From: Desulfonatronovibrionaceae bacterium
GTDB taxonomy: Bacteria; Desulfobacterota; Desulfovibrionia; Desulfovibrionales; Desulfonatronovibrionaceae
NCBI GenBank assembly: GCA_046539845.1
Contig: JBKHGE010000002.1
Coordinates: 1 to 64,000 of the forward strand
Direction of reading: 5' to 3'
Length of the DNA: 64,000 bases
Shown piece after piece: positions 38,369 to 46,989 of the stretch. Numbering within the stretch: the first letter of the stretch is position 1; the number at the start of each line of letters is the position of its first letter. The notes beneath the pieces were generated by a model. It saw only the letters and a program-made list of their open reading frames with translations. It had not been told where the DNA came from and ran no database searches. Both the position numbers and the translations under genes were made by a program.

Positions 38369-38374
38369 GCCTGT

Positions 38375-38764
38375 CTACTTCCCCCGGCCGGACCTTTGAT
38401 ACAAGGGACCGGGTTTCAGCTGCGCAGCCAATTGCTCTATGCTTCCGGTCAGCCCCTTGAGCGAATCAAACCCCTTGGACAGGAGATAGCCGTAGACCAA
38501 AGCGGCCCGGAAGATAGAGGAGCACATAACTATTACCAGCCCCTGGGCGGGGATTTCGTCCAGACGGTCCGGCAGTTCGCTGACCGGGATGTTTTTGGCC
38601 CGGGGAAAATTTAAGAGACCCACTTCCTCCCGGGTGCGTACATCCAGAAAAAAGGCTTTATTTTCCTCGTAGACCCGCGCCGCCTCGGGCACGGATATGG
38701 AATGCTCGCCGGAACCGAAAAAATCAAAGTCCATTTCCCTTAATGCCTGATCCATTTTATCCAT
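38375..38764 (-). CDS. rhodanese-like sulfurtransferase
   Basis: FLDVRTREE, NIPVSELPDRLDEIP, active-site loop MCSSIFRA, GLTGSI. Confidence 0.88.
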   Translation of the reverse strand: MDKMDQALREMDFDFFGSGEHSISVPEAARVYEENKAFFLDVRTREEVGLLNFPRAKNIPVSELPDRLDEIPAQGLVIVMCSSIFRAALVYGYLLSKGFDSLKGLTGSIEQLAAQLKPGPLYQRSGRGK

Positions 38765-39043
38765 TTTTTTGCCTCCATTGAATCTCAGCCCCGGGAAAAG
38801 GGCGTTTTAATGACAGTATCCGGTCCCCCCGGCCGGGATATCCAAAACGGATCCCATGTTTTAACAGTAAATTAAGGCCTTGGAAACTGGATACGATTTG
38901 TTTGGTTAAAGTATTCACGCGAATGTTTGGCCATTTAGCCAAATTTGAGCCAAATGTAAATATTAGATTTTGCCTTTTGGGCCGAAAGATGATTTGATCC
39001 CTGCCGGTCCTGGGTTGTATCGGGGATAAGCGTCTTTCCGGAG

Positions 39044-40345
39044 GTGAAAAAAATCTTTGCTTTTATCAGTGCCGGCTTGCCCTTTTTAAAGGTGCTTGCC
39101 GCTTTTGCGGCCATGCTCGCAGCCATGCGCCTGCGTGCCCCCCTAAGCCTGGCCATCCTGTCCGGGGGTGTCCTTATGGGCATTTTTTTTAATGTAGGCG
39201 CGCAGTCCATGGCCGCGGCCTGTCTCCGGGCCTTGACCGAAGAGAAGTTTTTGTTTTTGGCAGCAATTGTCGGTTTGATACTTGTTCTGTCCGATGCCCT
39301 GGAGCGCTCCGGCCAGTCCCGGCGACTCCTGGATGCATTGTCCGGGTATTTGACCCGGCCCAGGCTGCGGCTGGTGTTTTTCCCCGCCCTTATCGGGCTT
39401 TTACCTATGCCCGGCGGGGCGGTATTTTCCGCCCCGCTCACCGAGGCCGCCTCCAAAGATATGGAAATGGATGCCACCCAGCGGGCGCTTATAAACTATT
39501 GGTTCCGGCATGTCTGGGAACTGGCCTGGCCTTTGTACCCGGGAATAATTTTGACTGTGGCCCTGGCCGATATCCAGGTGTCTGCCCTCATCTCCAGGAC
39601 TTGGCCGGCTGTATTGGCTATGTTCGGGGCGGGTTGGATATTTTTTCTCCGGCCCGGGGTCCTACGCACGCCAAAGTGCGCTGCAGCTGAAAACCTGTAT
39701 CGCAGCCCTGCAAGGGTGCTTAAGGAGGGTATGCCGCTTATTGTGGCCATAGTCGGGGCTATCGGCTTGGAAGCTTTGATGCCGGCCGTTTTACCGGGTG
39801 TGCCTTTTGAGGCCGGCGTGCTAGCCGCGCTTGCGGCCTCGGTGGGCTGGGTGACGGTTCAAAACCGCATCGGCCGTGATTTTTTGCTTCAGGTCGTGAG
39901 CAAAAAGAGCCTGTATTCCATGCTCCTGGTTATTGCGGCCATTTTTATATTCAAGGAGATAATGCATTCCGCGGACGTGGTTCAGGAGATGGCTGACGCT
40001 GCCGGGGATGAAGCGGCCCTGTTTGCCGCGGCCGTGTTCCTCCCTTTTCTGGTGGGAATGGTTTCCGGGATAAACGTGGCCTTTGTCGGGGCTACTTTTC
40101 CTCTCCTTTTGGGCCTCTTGGCCGCCCTGGGGATAAGCGAGCACAAGATCCCCTATCTGGTCCTGGCCTCTTTTGCCGGGTTTACCGGGGTAATGATCTC
40201 CCCGCTGCATATCTGTTTCATTCTCTCCTGTCAGTTTTTCGGGGTGAATATTGTCCGGGTATGGCGCAGGCTGGTTCCGCCCTCCCTGGTATTTGCCGGC
40301 TGCGGCTTGGCATTGTTTTTGTTTTTGCTCATGACCGGCCTGTAA
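39044..40345 (+). CDS. DUF401-family membrane protein (IT-superfamily-like transporter)
   Basis: PALIGLLPMPGGAVFSAP, INYWFRHVWE..WPLYPG, SPLHIC motifs. Confidence 0.85.
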   Translation: MKKIFAFISAGLPFLKVLAAFAAMLAAMRLRAPLSLAILSGGVLMGIFFNVGAQSMAAACLRALTEEKFLFLAAIVGLILVLSDALERSGQSRRLLDALSGYLTRPRLRLVFFPALIGLLPMPGGAVFSAPLTEAASKDMEMDATQRALINYWFRHVWELAWPLYPGIILTVALADIQVSALISRTWPAVLAMFGAGWIFFLRPGVLRTPKCAAAENLYRSPARVLKEGMPLIVAIVGAIGLEALMPAVLPGVPFEAGVLAALAASVGWVTVQNRIGRDFLLQVVSKKSLYSMLLVIAAIFIFKEIMHSADVVQEMADAAGDEAALFAAAVFLPFLVGMVSGINVAFVGATFPLLLGLLAALGISEHKIPYLVLASFAGFTGVMISPLHICFILSCQFFGVNIVRVWRRLVPPSLVFAGCGLALFLFLLMTGL

Positions 40346-40698
40346 GCCCCGGGGTCGAGCGGATACGAAGTCTGGTGGTTGTGCTGTTTGATCAAGGGGC
40401 TGCCTTGAGCGGGGTGCCGGGAGGTTTTGAGCGCTGAAAAGGACAAAAGAGTGGTGGAAAAAGACCGGGAAATGGCCCGGGAACTGAAGGTTATCCGCGC
40501 CCACTTTTGTCTGTACTCCAAAAATGCCGGCCGAATACAAGCCGCATTCCGAGCTTGGGGGGCTGGATTCTTTGCTCTCCTAGTTGTCGATGCTTTACAA
40601 GCAAAACGTATAGGAAAAACATTTGCATCCCTCTTGAAATTTGTTATTTAATAATCACATCCTGGGAAAGTTTTTAACCCAAGTTAAGGGAGGGTAGT

Positions 40699-42363
40699 AT
40701 GAAACAGCCGGGTAAGCTTGTGCTTTGGATCCTGGCCGCGACCCTGCTCATTCCGTGCATAGCGGCGCACGGTGCTGAATATGAGCTGGCCCCGGGACGG
40801 GAGATGGCCCAGCAGGCGGTTCGGGGCGAAACTCCGCCTAGCACCGTTGATCATTCCGAGCTAAAGCCCCTGCAAACGGATTTTGAGTCCGGATCGGAAG
40901 TCACCCGGGCCTGTCTGTCCTGTCATAATATGGCCGGGGAGCAACTGGCCCAGACCATCCACTGGCTGTGGCTCGATCCACAGGGAGGTAATGAGACCGA
41001 GGTGGGCAAGGCCGGTCTGGTAATGAACAATTTCTGTATCAATATTCAAAGCAACGAGCCGCGCTGTACCAGCTGCCATGCCGGATACGGCTGGGAAGAC
41101 AAAGATTTTGATTTTAAGGACCTTAAACACATAGACTGCCTAGTCTGCCACGAGCAGACCGGGACGTACAAAAAATATCCGGCCGGATCCGGATACCCGG
41201 TTCAACCAGAGGAGGAGAACCCGGACAAGCCCGGAGAAATGGGGCAGATGTTCAGCGGGAAGTTTCTGCCTGCCCCGGATTTGAAAAAAGTGGCCCAGAG
41301 CGTGGGCAAACCCACCCGCCGCAACTGCGGTTCCTGCCACTTTTACGGCGGCGGTGGGGATGGGGTCAAACACGGCGATTTAGACTCGTCCATGACCAAT
41401 CCGCCTAAAAATCTGGACGTGCATATGGCAGAGGAAGGTCAGGATTTTGCCTGCCAGAGGTGTCATACCACCAGGGCGCATGATATCTCCGGGCGCATTT
41501 ACAGCACGCCCGCCTATACCGACCGCAAGAGCCTGATCGAGGATGACCTGGCGGCCAAAATCGCCTGCGAGTCCTGTCACACCGCCACTCCGCACAAGTC
41601 CGGACAAAAGGCCAACGATCACACGGACAAGGTCTCCTGCCAGGCCTGTCACATACCGGAATTCGCCCGCGCTCTGCCCACCAAGATGTGGTGGGACTGG
41701 TCCAAGGCCGGGCAGACGATAGATGGAAAGGCCAAAGTCATGGGACCGCACAATCGTCCAGTGTTCATCAAGAAAAAGGGTGAGTTTGTCTGGGAAAAGG
41801 ATGTTGTCCCGGAGTACTACTGGTTCGCCGGGGGCATAGACACGGTTTTGGCCACGGACAGGATCGACCCCTCCCAGCCGGTCAAAATGGCTTGGCCCAT
41901 CGGGGATAAAGACGACCCCAATGCCCGGATCATGCCCTTTAAGGTGCATCGGGGACTTACCCCGTATGATCCGGTTCAGAATAACATGGTCATCCCACAC
42001 CTTTTTCCCTGGGATAAGAACGATACCGCCGCCTACTGGAAGGGATTTGATTGGGACAAGGCGGTGGAGGCGGCCATGGACTATGCCGGCGTCCCGTTCA
42101 GCGGAGAGGTAGATTTTGTTGAGACCGAGTATGTCTATCCAACAACACACATGGTGGCCCCGAAGGAGGACTCGCTTCGCTGCGAGGCCTGCCATACTGG
42201 AGAGGGCAGCCGCCTGAGCAATTTGTCCGGTTTTTATATGCCGGCCCGGGATTCATACGCGGCTGTTAACTGGATAGGCTGGACCGTGGTTGTGCTTTCG
42301 CTTGTGGGCGTTGTCATCCACGCAGTCGTTCGTATAATCGCGCGTAGCAGAAGGGAGAGCTGA
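40699..42363 (+). CDS. octaheme c-type cytochrome, tetrathionate reductase (Otr) family, with C-terminal membrane anchor
   Basis: signal peptide; eight CxxCH (CLSCH, CTSCH, CLVCH, CGSCH, CQRCH, CESCH, CQACH, CEACH); NNFC, GGGDGVKHGDLDSS, WDWS, HMVAPKE. Confidence 0.92.
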   Translation: MKQPGKLVLWILAATLLIPCIAAHGAEYELAPGREMAQQAVRGETPPSTVDHSELKPLQTDFESGSEVTRACLSCHNMAGEQLAQTIHWLWLDPQGGNETEVGKAGLVMNNFCINIQSNEPRCTSCHAGYGWEDKDFDFKDLKHIDCLVCHEQTGTYKKYPAGSGYPVQPEEENPDKPGEMGQMFSGKFLPAPDLKKVAQSVGKPTRRNCGSCHFYGGGGDGVKHGDLDSSMTNPPKNLDVHMAEEGQDFACQRCHTTRAHDISGRIYSTPAYTDRKSLIEDDLAAKIACESCHTATPHKSGQKANDHTDKVSCQACHIPEFARALPTKMWWDWSKAGQTIDGKAKVMGPHNRPVFIKKKGEFVWEKDVVPEYYWFAGGIDTVLATDRIDPSQPVKMAWPIGDKDDPNARIMPFKVHRGLTPYDPVQNNMVIPHLFPWDKNDTAAYWKGFDWDKAVEAAMDYAGVPFSGEVDFVETEYVYPTTHMVAPKEDSLRCEACHTGEGSRLSNLSGFYMPARDSYAAVNWIGWTVVVLSLVGVVIHAVVRIIARSRRES

Positions 42364-42364
42364 T

Positions 42365-43018
42365 ATGGCCAGTCAAAAGAAAATGCAAAAAATATATCTG
42401 TATACGCGGTTTGAACGCTTCTGGCACTGGATCCAGAGCATTTTGATCATGGTTTTGCTCATAACCGGGTTCGAAGTGCACGGCACATTCAGCCTGCTCG
42501 GCTACGAGGGGGCCGTGTACTGGCATAATTTCACCGGCCTTACTTGGCTTGTGCTTTTTGCCTTTATTGTCTTTTGGCTTTTTACCACCGGGGAATGGAA
42601 GCAGTATATACCAACCACCAAGAAATTGTTTCAGGTGGTTCGCTACTACACTTCCGGGATATTCAAGGGATACCCCCATCCGGTACAAAAATCTAAAAGG
42701 TCCAAGCACAATCCTCTGCAGCGGCTGACATATCTCGGATTGACAGCCATTTTGCTCCCGGTCCAGATGATAACCGGGCTTTTATACTATACCTATAATT
42801 CCTGGGAGAGCTGGGGGCTGGGGTGGATGAGCCTCAAGGTCCTGGCGGTGGTCCATATCCTGGGCGCGTTTGCCATTTTGTCCTTTATCCTGGTCCATGT
42901 GTACATGACCACCACCGGCCATACTGTTACCGCTCATATCCAGGCCATGTTCTCCGGCTGGGAGGAGGTAGAGGATGAAAGTGAAGTCGACGAATGGGAG
43001 CGGGCCGGAAGCAGGTAG
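42365..43018 (+). CDS. cytochrome b/b6-domain membrane protein (PhsC/FdnI-like), partner of the octaheme cytochrome
   Basis: RFERFWHW.Q, GEWKQYIP, KHNPLQRLTY, HILGAF...HVYM; 1 bp after the otr-like gene. Confidence 0.9.
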   Translation: MASQKKMQKIYLYTRFERFWHWIQSILIMVLLITGFEVHGTFSLLGYEGAVYWHNFTGLTWLVLFAFIVFWLFTTGEWKQYIPTTKKLFQVVRYYTSGIFKGYPHPVQKSKRSKHNPLQRLTYLGLTAILLPVQMITGLLYYTYNSWESWGLGWMSLKVLAVVHILGAFAILSFILVHVYMTTTGHTVTAHIQAMFSGWEEVEDESEVDEWERAGSR

Positions 43019-43056
43019 ATTCCGCTTCAGTTCATTTCCAAATTGGCAACCAGTTA

Positions 43057-43094
43057 CTTCTTATCCGGAAACTCAAAAATTTCCGGATAAGAAG
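43057..43094. terminator. hairpin between convergent genes (probable terminator)
   Basis: 15-bp stem CTTCTTATCCGGAAA/TTTCCGGATAAGAAG. Confidence 0.65.
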
Positions 43095-43152
43095 AGCTAA
43101 CCCGTGTTTTAAAGCCTAGCGGCCGCGCAGGAAAAACTTGCCCGGCCGCTTT

Positions 43153-43890
43153 TTAGTGTTTTTGGGAAGTCAGATGGTGCAGGCTCAGGACTATCATGGC
43201 CGCTGTTTCCCAGCGCAGCATGCGCGAACCCAGGGACTTGGCGGAGATATTTTTTCCCAGGATTATTTCCTCTTCTCTTGGAGAAAATCCGCCTTCCGGT
43301 CCGACAATGGCTAGATTGTCGCCGGGGGGGATATCCGAGGGAACGAGTATGCCTTTTGTGTGCTTGTTTTGAACAAGGGCTATCCTTGCGGGATAGTCTT
43401 TTTTTTGCAGAAGCTCTTCTAATCCGCCGGGGTGGGCGGATAATTTCGGCAACCAGGGATTTAGGCTCTGCTTGATCCCGGAGATCAACGGTCCGTGCCA
43501 TTTGTCCAGGGATTTGTTTTTTAGCCTGCCCTGGCTGTTATCCCCCATCCATACCGCCAGCTCCCAGGCCCCGAGTTCAGCCGCCTTTTCCAGGAGCCAG
43601 GAGCGGCGAATCGCTTTGGACCAGGCAATACCCAGGCACAGTCTGTACTCTGGAACCGTGTGTTTTTCCCGGCTGATCTCCTTGAGGGCTGCCCTGTTTT
43701 TTTGAGCGGAGGTGATTTCAAATATGCCGGTTGTCCCCTGTCCGTCCAAAAGCCGAACCATATCCCCCTCTCTAAGGCGCATGACTTTTATCATGTGCAC
43801 CGCCTCCTGCCCGGTGAGGACAAACGGGAAAGTCCATTTCTCCGGGGGGAGATAAAATGTGTGCCTGGTCTTTGCTTCGTTATCGGTCAT
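43153..43890 (-). CDS. rsmE: 16S rRNA m3U1498 methyltransferase
   Basis: HMIKVMRL, LLEKAAELG, VGPEGGFS, LGSRMLRWETAA. Confidence 0.92.
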   Translation of the reverse strand: MTDNEAKTRHTFYLPPEKWTFPFVLTGQEAVHMIKVMRLREGDMVRLLDGQGTTGIFEITSAQKNRAALKEISREKHTVPEYRLCLGIAWSKAIRRSWLLEKAAELGAWELAVWMGDNSQGRLKNKSLDKWHGPLISGIKQSLNPWLPKLSAHPGGLEELLQKKDYPARIALVQNKHTKGILVPSDIPPGDNLAIVGPEGGFSPREEEIILGKNISAKSLGSRMLRWETAAMIVLSLHHLTSQKH

Positions 43891-44123
43891 GTTTTTTAGC
43901 TTCCCTACATAAATAAGTCGCTTTATGTCTTGTGATAAAAGGGCCCTCATATCTGTTGTTTAAACAGCAAAAAATCGAGTGTTGGGCCATAACAGACAAT
44001 TTAGTTTTCAACCATCTGATCTTAAAGAATCTTTAGCTTAAGACTTGATATGGTCTGCAAAGATATATTTATTGCTGGCGTATCCAAAAATGGCTTGCCT
44101 GAAATTTGAGAAAAACCACTGGG

Positions 44124-45365
44124 CTATAAACTAAGTATCATCCATTGCGGGAAAAGGACCAACAGGCTCAGGATAAAAATACCCACCAGCAAAAATGGCC
44201 ACACCTGGGCAAAGATGCTCCGGATGGGGGTCCCGGATACTGAGGAGCTGACAAACAGGGTGATCCCAAAGGGCGGGGTCATCATGCCCAAAATAAGATT
44301 GTGAACCAGAACCATCCCCAAATGCACCGGGGGGATGCCCAGGGCCTCGGCAACGGGCAATACCGCCGGGACCACCAGGTAGATGGCCGCAGTGGTCTCC
44401 AGGAAAGTACCCAGGATAAAAAGGCCCGCATTGAGTATAAGCCAGAAGCCGAGTTTTTCGGCCGGAAAGACGCCCAAAACCGCCTCGAATATCCCGGTGA
44501 GATCGAACAGGGTCAAGCAGAAGGAAAAGGCGGCGGCGCAGGCTATGATCAGCAATACCTGGGCCGAGGCCAAAGCGGACCGGACCAGGATCCCGGGCAG
44601 TCGGCTTACAGGTCCACCGGTGCAAAAGAGATATATTCCGCCCAGCAGGACAAAACCCATGGCCGCTTCGGTTATGGTCAAAATCCCGGTGATCATAACC
44701 AGGATAAGGGCAAGGGGAGGGACGACCACCCGGACGATCTCCAGGATCACCTCCGTCCAGGTCCCACTTTGCGCTGCAGTCTTGGCCGTTTTCTCTTTGG
44801 AGAAGTTGACCGCAAAGATGCCGAGTGCGGTCAGAATCCCGGGCAGAATACCGGCGGCAAAGAGGGAGGCAATTGAGGTCTGGGCCATGAGCCCGTAGAT
44901 AATCAGCGGAATGCTTGGGGGGATAATTGGGCCCAGTGTGGAGGAGGCAGCAATCAGGGTGGCCGAGTAGTCGGCCGGGTATCCGCTTTTTTTCAGGGCC
45001 GGGAACAGCACCGAGCTCAGGGCCGCGGTCTCGGCCACGGCTGCACCGGTCAGCCCGGAAAGAAAAAAGGCCACAAAGATGGTCACCGAGGCCAGCCCCA
45101 GGTGCAGTTTATTCCCCAGTATGCTGGAGACCCTTACCAGCCTAGCGGTGAATCCGCTTTCCACCAGGAGCTCCCCGCCGAAAAGAAATAAAGGGACCGC
45201 GGCCAGGGGAAAAGAATAGACCGCTCCCAGCATCTTGGAGACCAGAAACTCTAGGGGCAGATCCAAAAACAAAACTGCTGCGGCCACAGAGGAACAGGCC
45301 AGGGCCACGGCCACAGGCAGGCCCAGAAACAGGCCCAAAAGTAAAATAATCAGGGTGAGGATCAT
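44124..45365 (-). CDS. dctM: TRAP transporter large permease DctM
   Basis: GLPVAVAL, AVPLF, GPIIPPSIPLIIYG, TITEAA, GMMTPPFG. Confidence 0.9.
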   Translation of the reverse strand: MILTLIILLLGLFLGLPVAVALACSSVAAAVLFLDLPLEFLVSKMLGAVYSFPLAAVPLFLFGGELLVESGFTARLVRVSSILGNKLHLGLASVTIFVAFFLSGLTGAAVAETAALSSVLFPALKKSGYPADYSATLIAASSTLGPIIPPSIPLIIYGLMAQTSIASLFAAGILPGILTALGIFAVNFSKEKTAKTAAQSGTWTEVILEIVRVVVPPLALILVMITGILTITEAAMGFVLLGGIYLFCTGGPVSRLPGILVRSALASAQVLLIIACAAAFSFCLTLFDLTGIFEAVLGVFPAEKLGFWLILNAGLFILGTFLETTAAIYLVVPAVLPVAEALGIPPVHLGMVLVHNLILGMMTPPFGITLFVSSSVSGTPIRSIFAQVWPFLLVGIFILSLLVLFPQWMILSL

Positions 45366-45829
45366 TTCTCGGTCCGCAACAAGGCGTTATGCTCGGGGAA
45401 GATTCCGAATGCGGCCAGTCCCAGTCCGGCCCAGGCCAGAGCCAGATAGTTGACCGTCATGGGGATGTTCAGCACCGGACTTGTCTGCCCCCAATTATTT
45501 ATTCCGGCCCTGGCCCCGGCCAGGATCACAACCAAGCCTACGGCCAGGCAAAGGGGCCGGACAAGAAAATTTTTGATCCAGGCCGAAGAAAAAAGGTCCA
45601 ATCGGAGCAAAAGCCCTGTCGAGGCCAGAAGGCCGCCGCCGGATCCGGTAAGCCAAACCATGGCCGTCTGGGTCATGTCCATGGTCCAGCCTCCGCCCTT
45701 GAAGGAGGCCAGTCTGGCTGCGATTTGACAGAGCAAAGAGATGCAGATGAAAAGCAGGGCAGTAGCGGCGAGGAACGCACTGGTCTTTTGGTAGACCGCG
45801 AGGATGCCAGCGGCGATCTGTCTGGCCAT
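45362..45829 (-). CDS. dctQ: TRAP transporter small permease DctQ
   Basis: 4 TM helices, QIAAR, W..D....MVW, QTSPVLNIPM; overlaps the dctM start. Confidence 0.78.
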   Translation of the reverse strand: MARQIAAGILAVYQKTSAFLAATALLFICISLLCQIAARLASFKGGGWTMDMTQTAMVWLTGSGGGLLASTGLLLRLDLFSSAWIKNFLVRPLCLAVGLVVILAGARAGINNWGQTSPVLNIPMTVNYLALAWAGLGLAAFGIFPEHNALLRTEK

Positions 45830-45835
45830 GGAGGT

Positions 45836-46924
45836 CTAGGAGAGTTTCATCCGGGCCGTTCCCTGTTTGTAGAAGGGGAGGTCGGTTTTTCTCGCCTCAA
45901 GCTCGCTCTTGGCCACAGGGATTGTGAACCGGGTGTTGTCCGCTGCCTGGACATCCACATAGGCCAGGGCGATGCAGTGCCCCAGAGAAGGGGCAAAGGA
46001 ACCGCTGGTCACAGTGCCCACTTTTTCTCCGTGGTAGTAGACCGCAGATCCGGGACGGGCCGCCCTGCGACCGGGGAGGTTCAGAGCAACAAGTCTGGTT
46101 TTGCCCTCATCCAGGGCGTCTTTTCCTATGTATTCGGCCTCGGACTTGAGCATAAAGGAGTATCCGGCTTCAATTGGGGTGTGCTCTGTGTCCAGATCCT
46201 GTCCGTAGAGCAAAAGACCGGCCTCCAGGCGCAGGGTGTCCCTGGCCCCGAGCCCGGCCGGTTTGACTTTTTCACTTGCGGCCAGGGCCTTCCATATCTC
46301 AAGAGCCCTTTCCCAGGGCAGGTATATCTCGTAGCCCAGCTCCCCGGTATACCCGGTCCGGCTGACTTTAAGCGGGATCCCCTGCCATTGTGTGTCCCAA
46401 AAATTGAAGTATTTAAGTTCACGCCAGTTCTGTCCGGGCAGGGCCTCCTCCAGGACCTCGATGGACAGCGGGCCCTGTAGGTCGATTTTTGCGGTATACA
46501 TGGATCTGTCTTCGATCTTGATCCCCGGGGCCAGATTGGAGCTGATCCACTCCAGGTCCGAGTCCCTGCACGCCGCGTTGACCACCAGCATAAACCGGTC
46601 CTTTTCCAGGCGGTAGACGATCAGATCGTCGAGCACCCCTCCGGAGGGGTTGAGCATGAATCCGTACCTGCACTTTCCCGGAGACAGAGTGGCTAGGTTA
46701 TGGGTTACTATTCGGGACAGACTTTCCGCCGCCCCAGCTCCGGAGAGGAAAAATTCGCCCATGTGTGATATATCGAACAGGGCGGCCCGGGTCCTGGTCT
46801 GTTTGTGCTCCTCAATTATTCCGGAATACTGCACCGGCATTTCCCAACCGGCGAAGGGGACCATCTTCGCCCCGTTTTCCCGGTGCCACGAGTCCAGAGG
46901 GGTTTTGTTCAGGTTGCCGGTCAT
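45836..46924 (-). CDS. gcvT: glycine cleavage system aminomethyltransferase T
   Basis: KTPL..WH, FAGWEMPVQY, FDISHMGE, SRTGYTGELGYE, GLGARDTLRLEAG. Confidence 0.96.
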   Translation of the reverse strand: MTGNLNKTPLDSWHRENGAKMVPFAGWEMPVQYSGIIEEHKQTRTRAALFDISHMGEFFLSGAGAAESLSRIVTHNLATLSPGKCRYGFMLNPSGGVLDDLIVYRLEKDRFMLVVNAACRDSDLEWISSNLAPGIKIEDRSMYTAKIDLQGPLSIEVLEEALPGQNWRELKYFNFWDTQWQGIPLKVSRTGYTGELGYEIYLPWERALEIWKALAASEKVKPAGLGARDTLRLEAGLLLYGQDLDTEHTPIEAGYSFMLKSEAEYIGKDALDEGKTRLVALNLPGRRAARPGSAVYYHGEKVGTVTSGSFAPSLGHCIALAYVDVQAADNTRFTIPVAKSELEARKTDLPFYKQGTARMKLS

Positions 46925-46989
46925 GGCTTAGACTCCTTTATGGTCTTTAAGGGGATGTTTTAATCTTCGGCGCTGGCCTGTCTCTACGG

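Noticed and set aside
45389..46480. 363-aa plus-strand ORF
   Set aside because: Antisense shadow of gcvT and dctQ.
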